Under the pieces are notes generated by a model. The model made no database searches, was not told where the DNA came from, and saw nothing but the letters and a program-made list of their open reading frames with translations. A DNA stretch of 64,000 bases, from the NCBI GenBank assembly GCA_977016875.1, contig CDRNST010000123.1:5952001-6016000 (forward strand), given 5' to 3'. The translations under genes and the position numbers were made by a program. Each line of letters starts with the position of its first letter. Positions within the stretch are counted from its first letter, which is position 1. Below, piece by piece: positions 62,608-64,000 of the stretch. The DNA comes from Pavona decussata. Taxonomy: Eukaryota.

Positions 62608-63319
62608 ATGGATGAAAGCGAAGAATCGCTTCAAAGTTCAGTAAGCGAGGAACATTTCTTCAGCTCACCACAAGGTAAGTCGACTCTTGTTTTGTGGACA
62701 GATATTAATTTTGCTCGGAAATTTTCTAGGTGAAATTCAGTGTTTCTTCATGCTGGACAGTCTTTGAAATGTGACTTTATATATGAACTGCCGTTTTAAG
62801 CTTAAAAGAAATTCGTTTTAATGTTCTACACGATATTCATCATAAACTCTTTCTCTGTTTTGTTGTAAAGGTGATCTCCCTTCGACGAATATCAACACAT
62901 GTCGATGGCCGAATCAAGAAGGAAAACATTCCTCTTCTCATTTTTCCGGCTCGACGATGGTGAGCAGTTATAACTTGCATTGAAATCAATTATTTTAGCT
63001 TAGATAAGTGATTAATTAATAAAGGATTAATAGGTTGGTAATTTCGGAAAATGCGCGGGAAACAATATGAAAATCCCGCCTGAAAATTAAAGATTACGTG
63101 TTTTATAGAGAAGCCAAACATTTTTCTTGAAATCATTTAGTTTACTGAGTTGTCAAATAAAGTGGGAATAGACATAGCATTTTCAGATTCTAAGTTTTAG
63201 ATCCTTTTTATGTCAGGATCCTGAAAACATAGTGACAGTAAACGATGATGATCAAGGTGTTTCAGAGCAAAAACTCTCATCGGTCCAGGAACCTGCTGAA
63301 AACGGTGGTGAAATACCAG
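62608..63319 (+). CDS. First three exons of an unidentified gene (acidic/Ser-rich N-terminus); continues beyond the window
   Basis: Exons 62608-62674 (MDESEESLQSSVSEEHFFSSPQ), 62871-62959 and 63217-63319 (DPENIVTVNDDDQGVSEQ...). GT-AG junctions, consistent phases, open frame. Confidence 0.65.
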
Positions 63320-64000
63320 GTATGAATATTTGGTTTTTGTTCATTGTTTTTTATTCTTTTGTGTTTGTTTCAGTCAACAGCAAGGGCCATCCAATTTTTG
63401 TCAGTCTATGTTTCTCCGATTTTTTGACTAAATCAGACCTAACAATGCCAAATATTTTTATATTATTTTATCTTTTCCATCCATTATTGAAAACTATTTG
63501 CTCTGATTATATTATTTGAACTTTTGTTTAATTTGTGTCAACAAGTTTTCATTTCAAGCATTTTTGGTCATGTTACTCTGTTCAGACTTCACCTATCTCA
63601 GTTTTTTTTCTATTTCAGTCCTTAATTTATAAATTATTCCAGAACTGTAATGGCTGTTATGTTGGAGTATAGTTTCATAAATATAAATTAGGCTTATGAC
63701 ATCCATCTACATGGCATTAAATTAACTTGCATAGATGTGTTGCATTTGCATTAGTATATAGATTAATTACAAAATAATGCATACATTTACATACCAAATG
63801 CCAGGTATTATGACCTGTCATTTTGGCCAAGACAGACTGATGAGTCACTGATCAGTAACAAACTAAGATATTTTCTGTCTTTGTACAACAAGAAAAGTTC
63901 AAGAGTTGTCATCTTGAATGACGTGCCACATAAAATATAAAGAGTACGCATCAATTGAAGGGGTGAGGATTGAGCGACTACCCAAAGCTTTGATAATCTC

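Overview
AT-rich, intron-containing animal DNA, most likely a stony coral or other anthozoan. That is an inference from the gene families and repeat types, not a database result. I reconstructed these genes by hand from GT-AG junctions and reading phase: (1) a minus-strand secreted PAN/Apple + fibrinogen-N/USOMP-5-like gene (exons 8936->4130) with a decayed BEL/Pao LTR retrotransposon (1-4052) in an intron; (2) a ~964-aa hyper-acidic protein with 113-aa tandem repeats ending in a paralemmin-type CKCCSLM lipidation motif; (3) a CD225/dispanin (PRRT1/IFITM-like) gene; (4,5) two tandem 7-exon paralogues encoding type-I membrane proteins with two ependymin/LolA-fold-like domains, the first head-to-head with the dispanin gene; (6) the first three exons of an unidentified gene at the right end. 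Between the paralogues lies a decayed P-element/THAP9-like transposase followed by a chromodomain. It is interrupted by a palindromic Penelope-like insertion carrying two minimal hammerhead ribozyme motifs. Many non-autonomous elements are present: Harbinger, Kolobok, a Helentron-type HINE, a tRNA-SINE and palindromic MITEs. There is one N gap (54728-54909).
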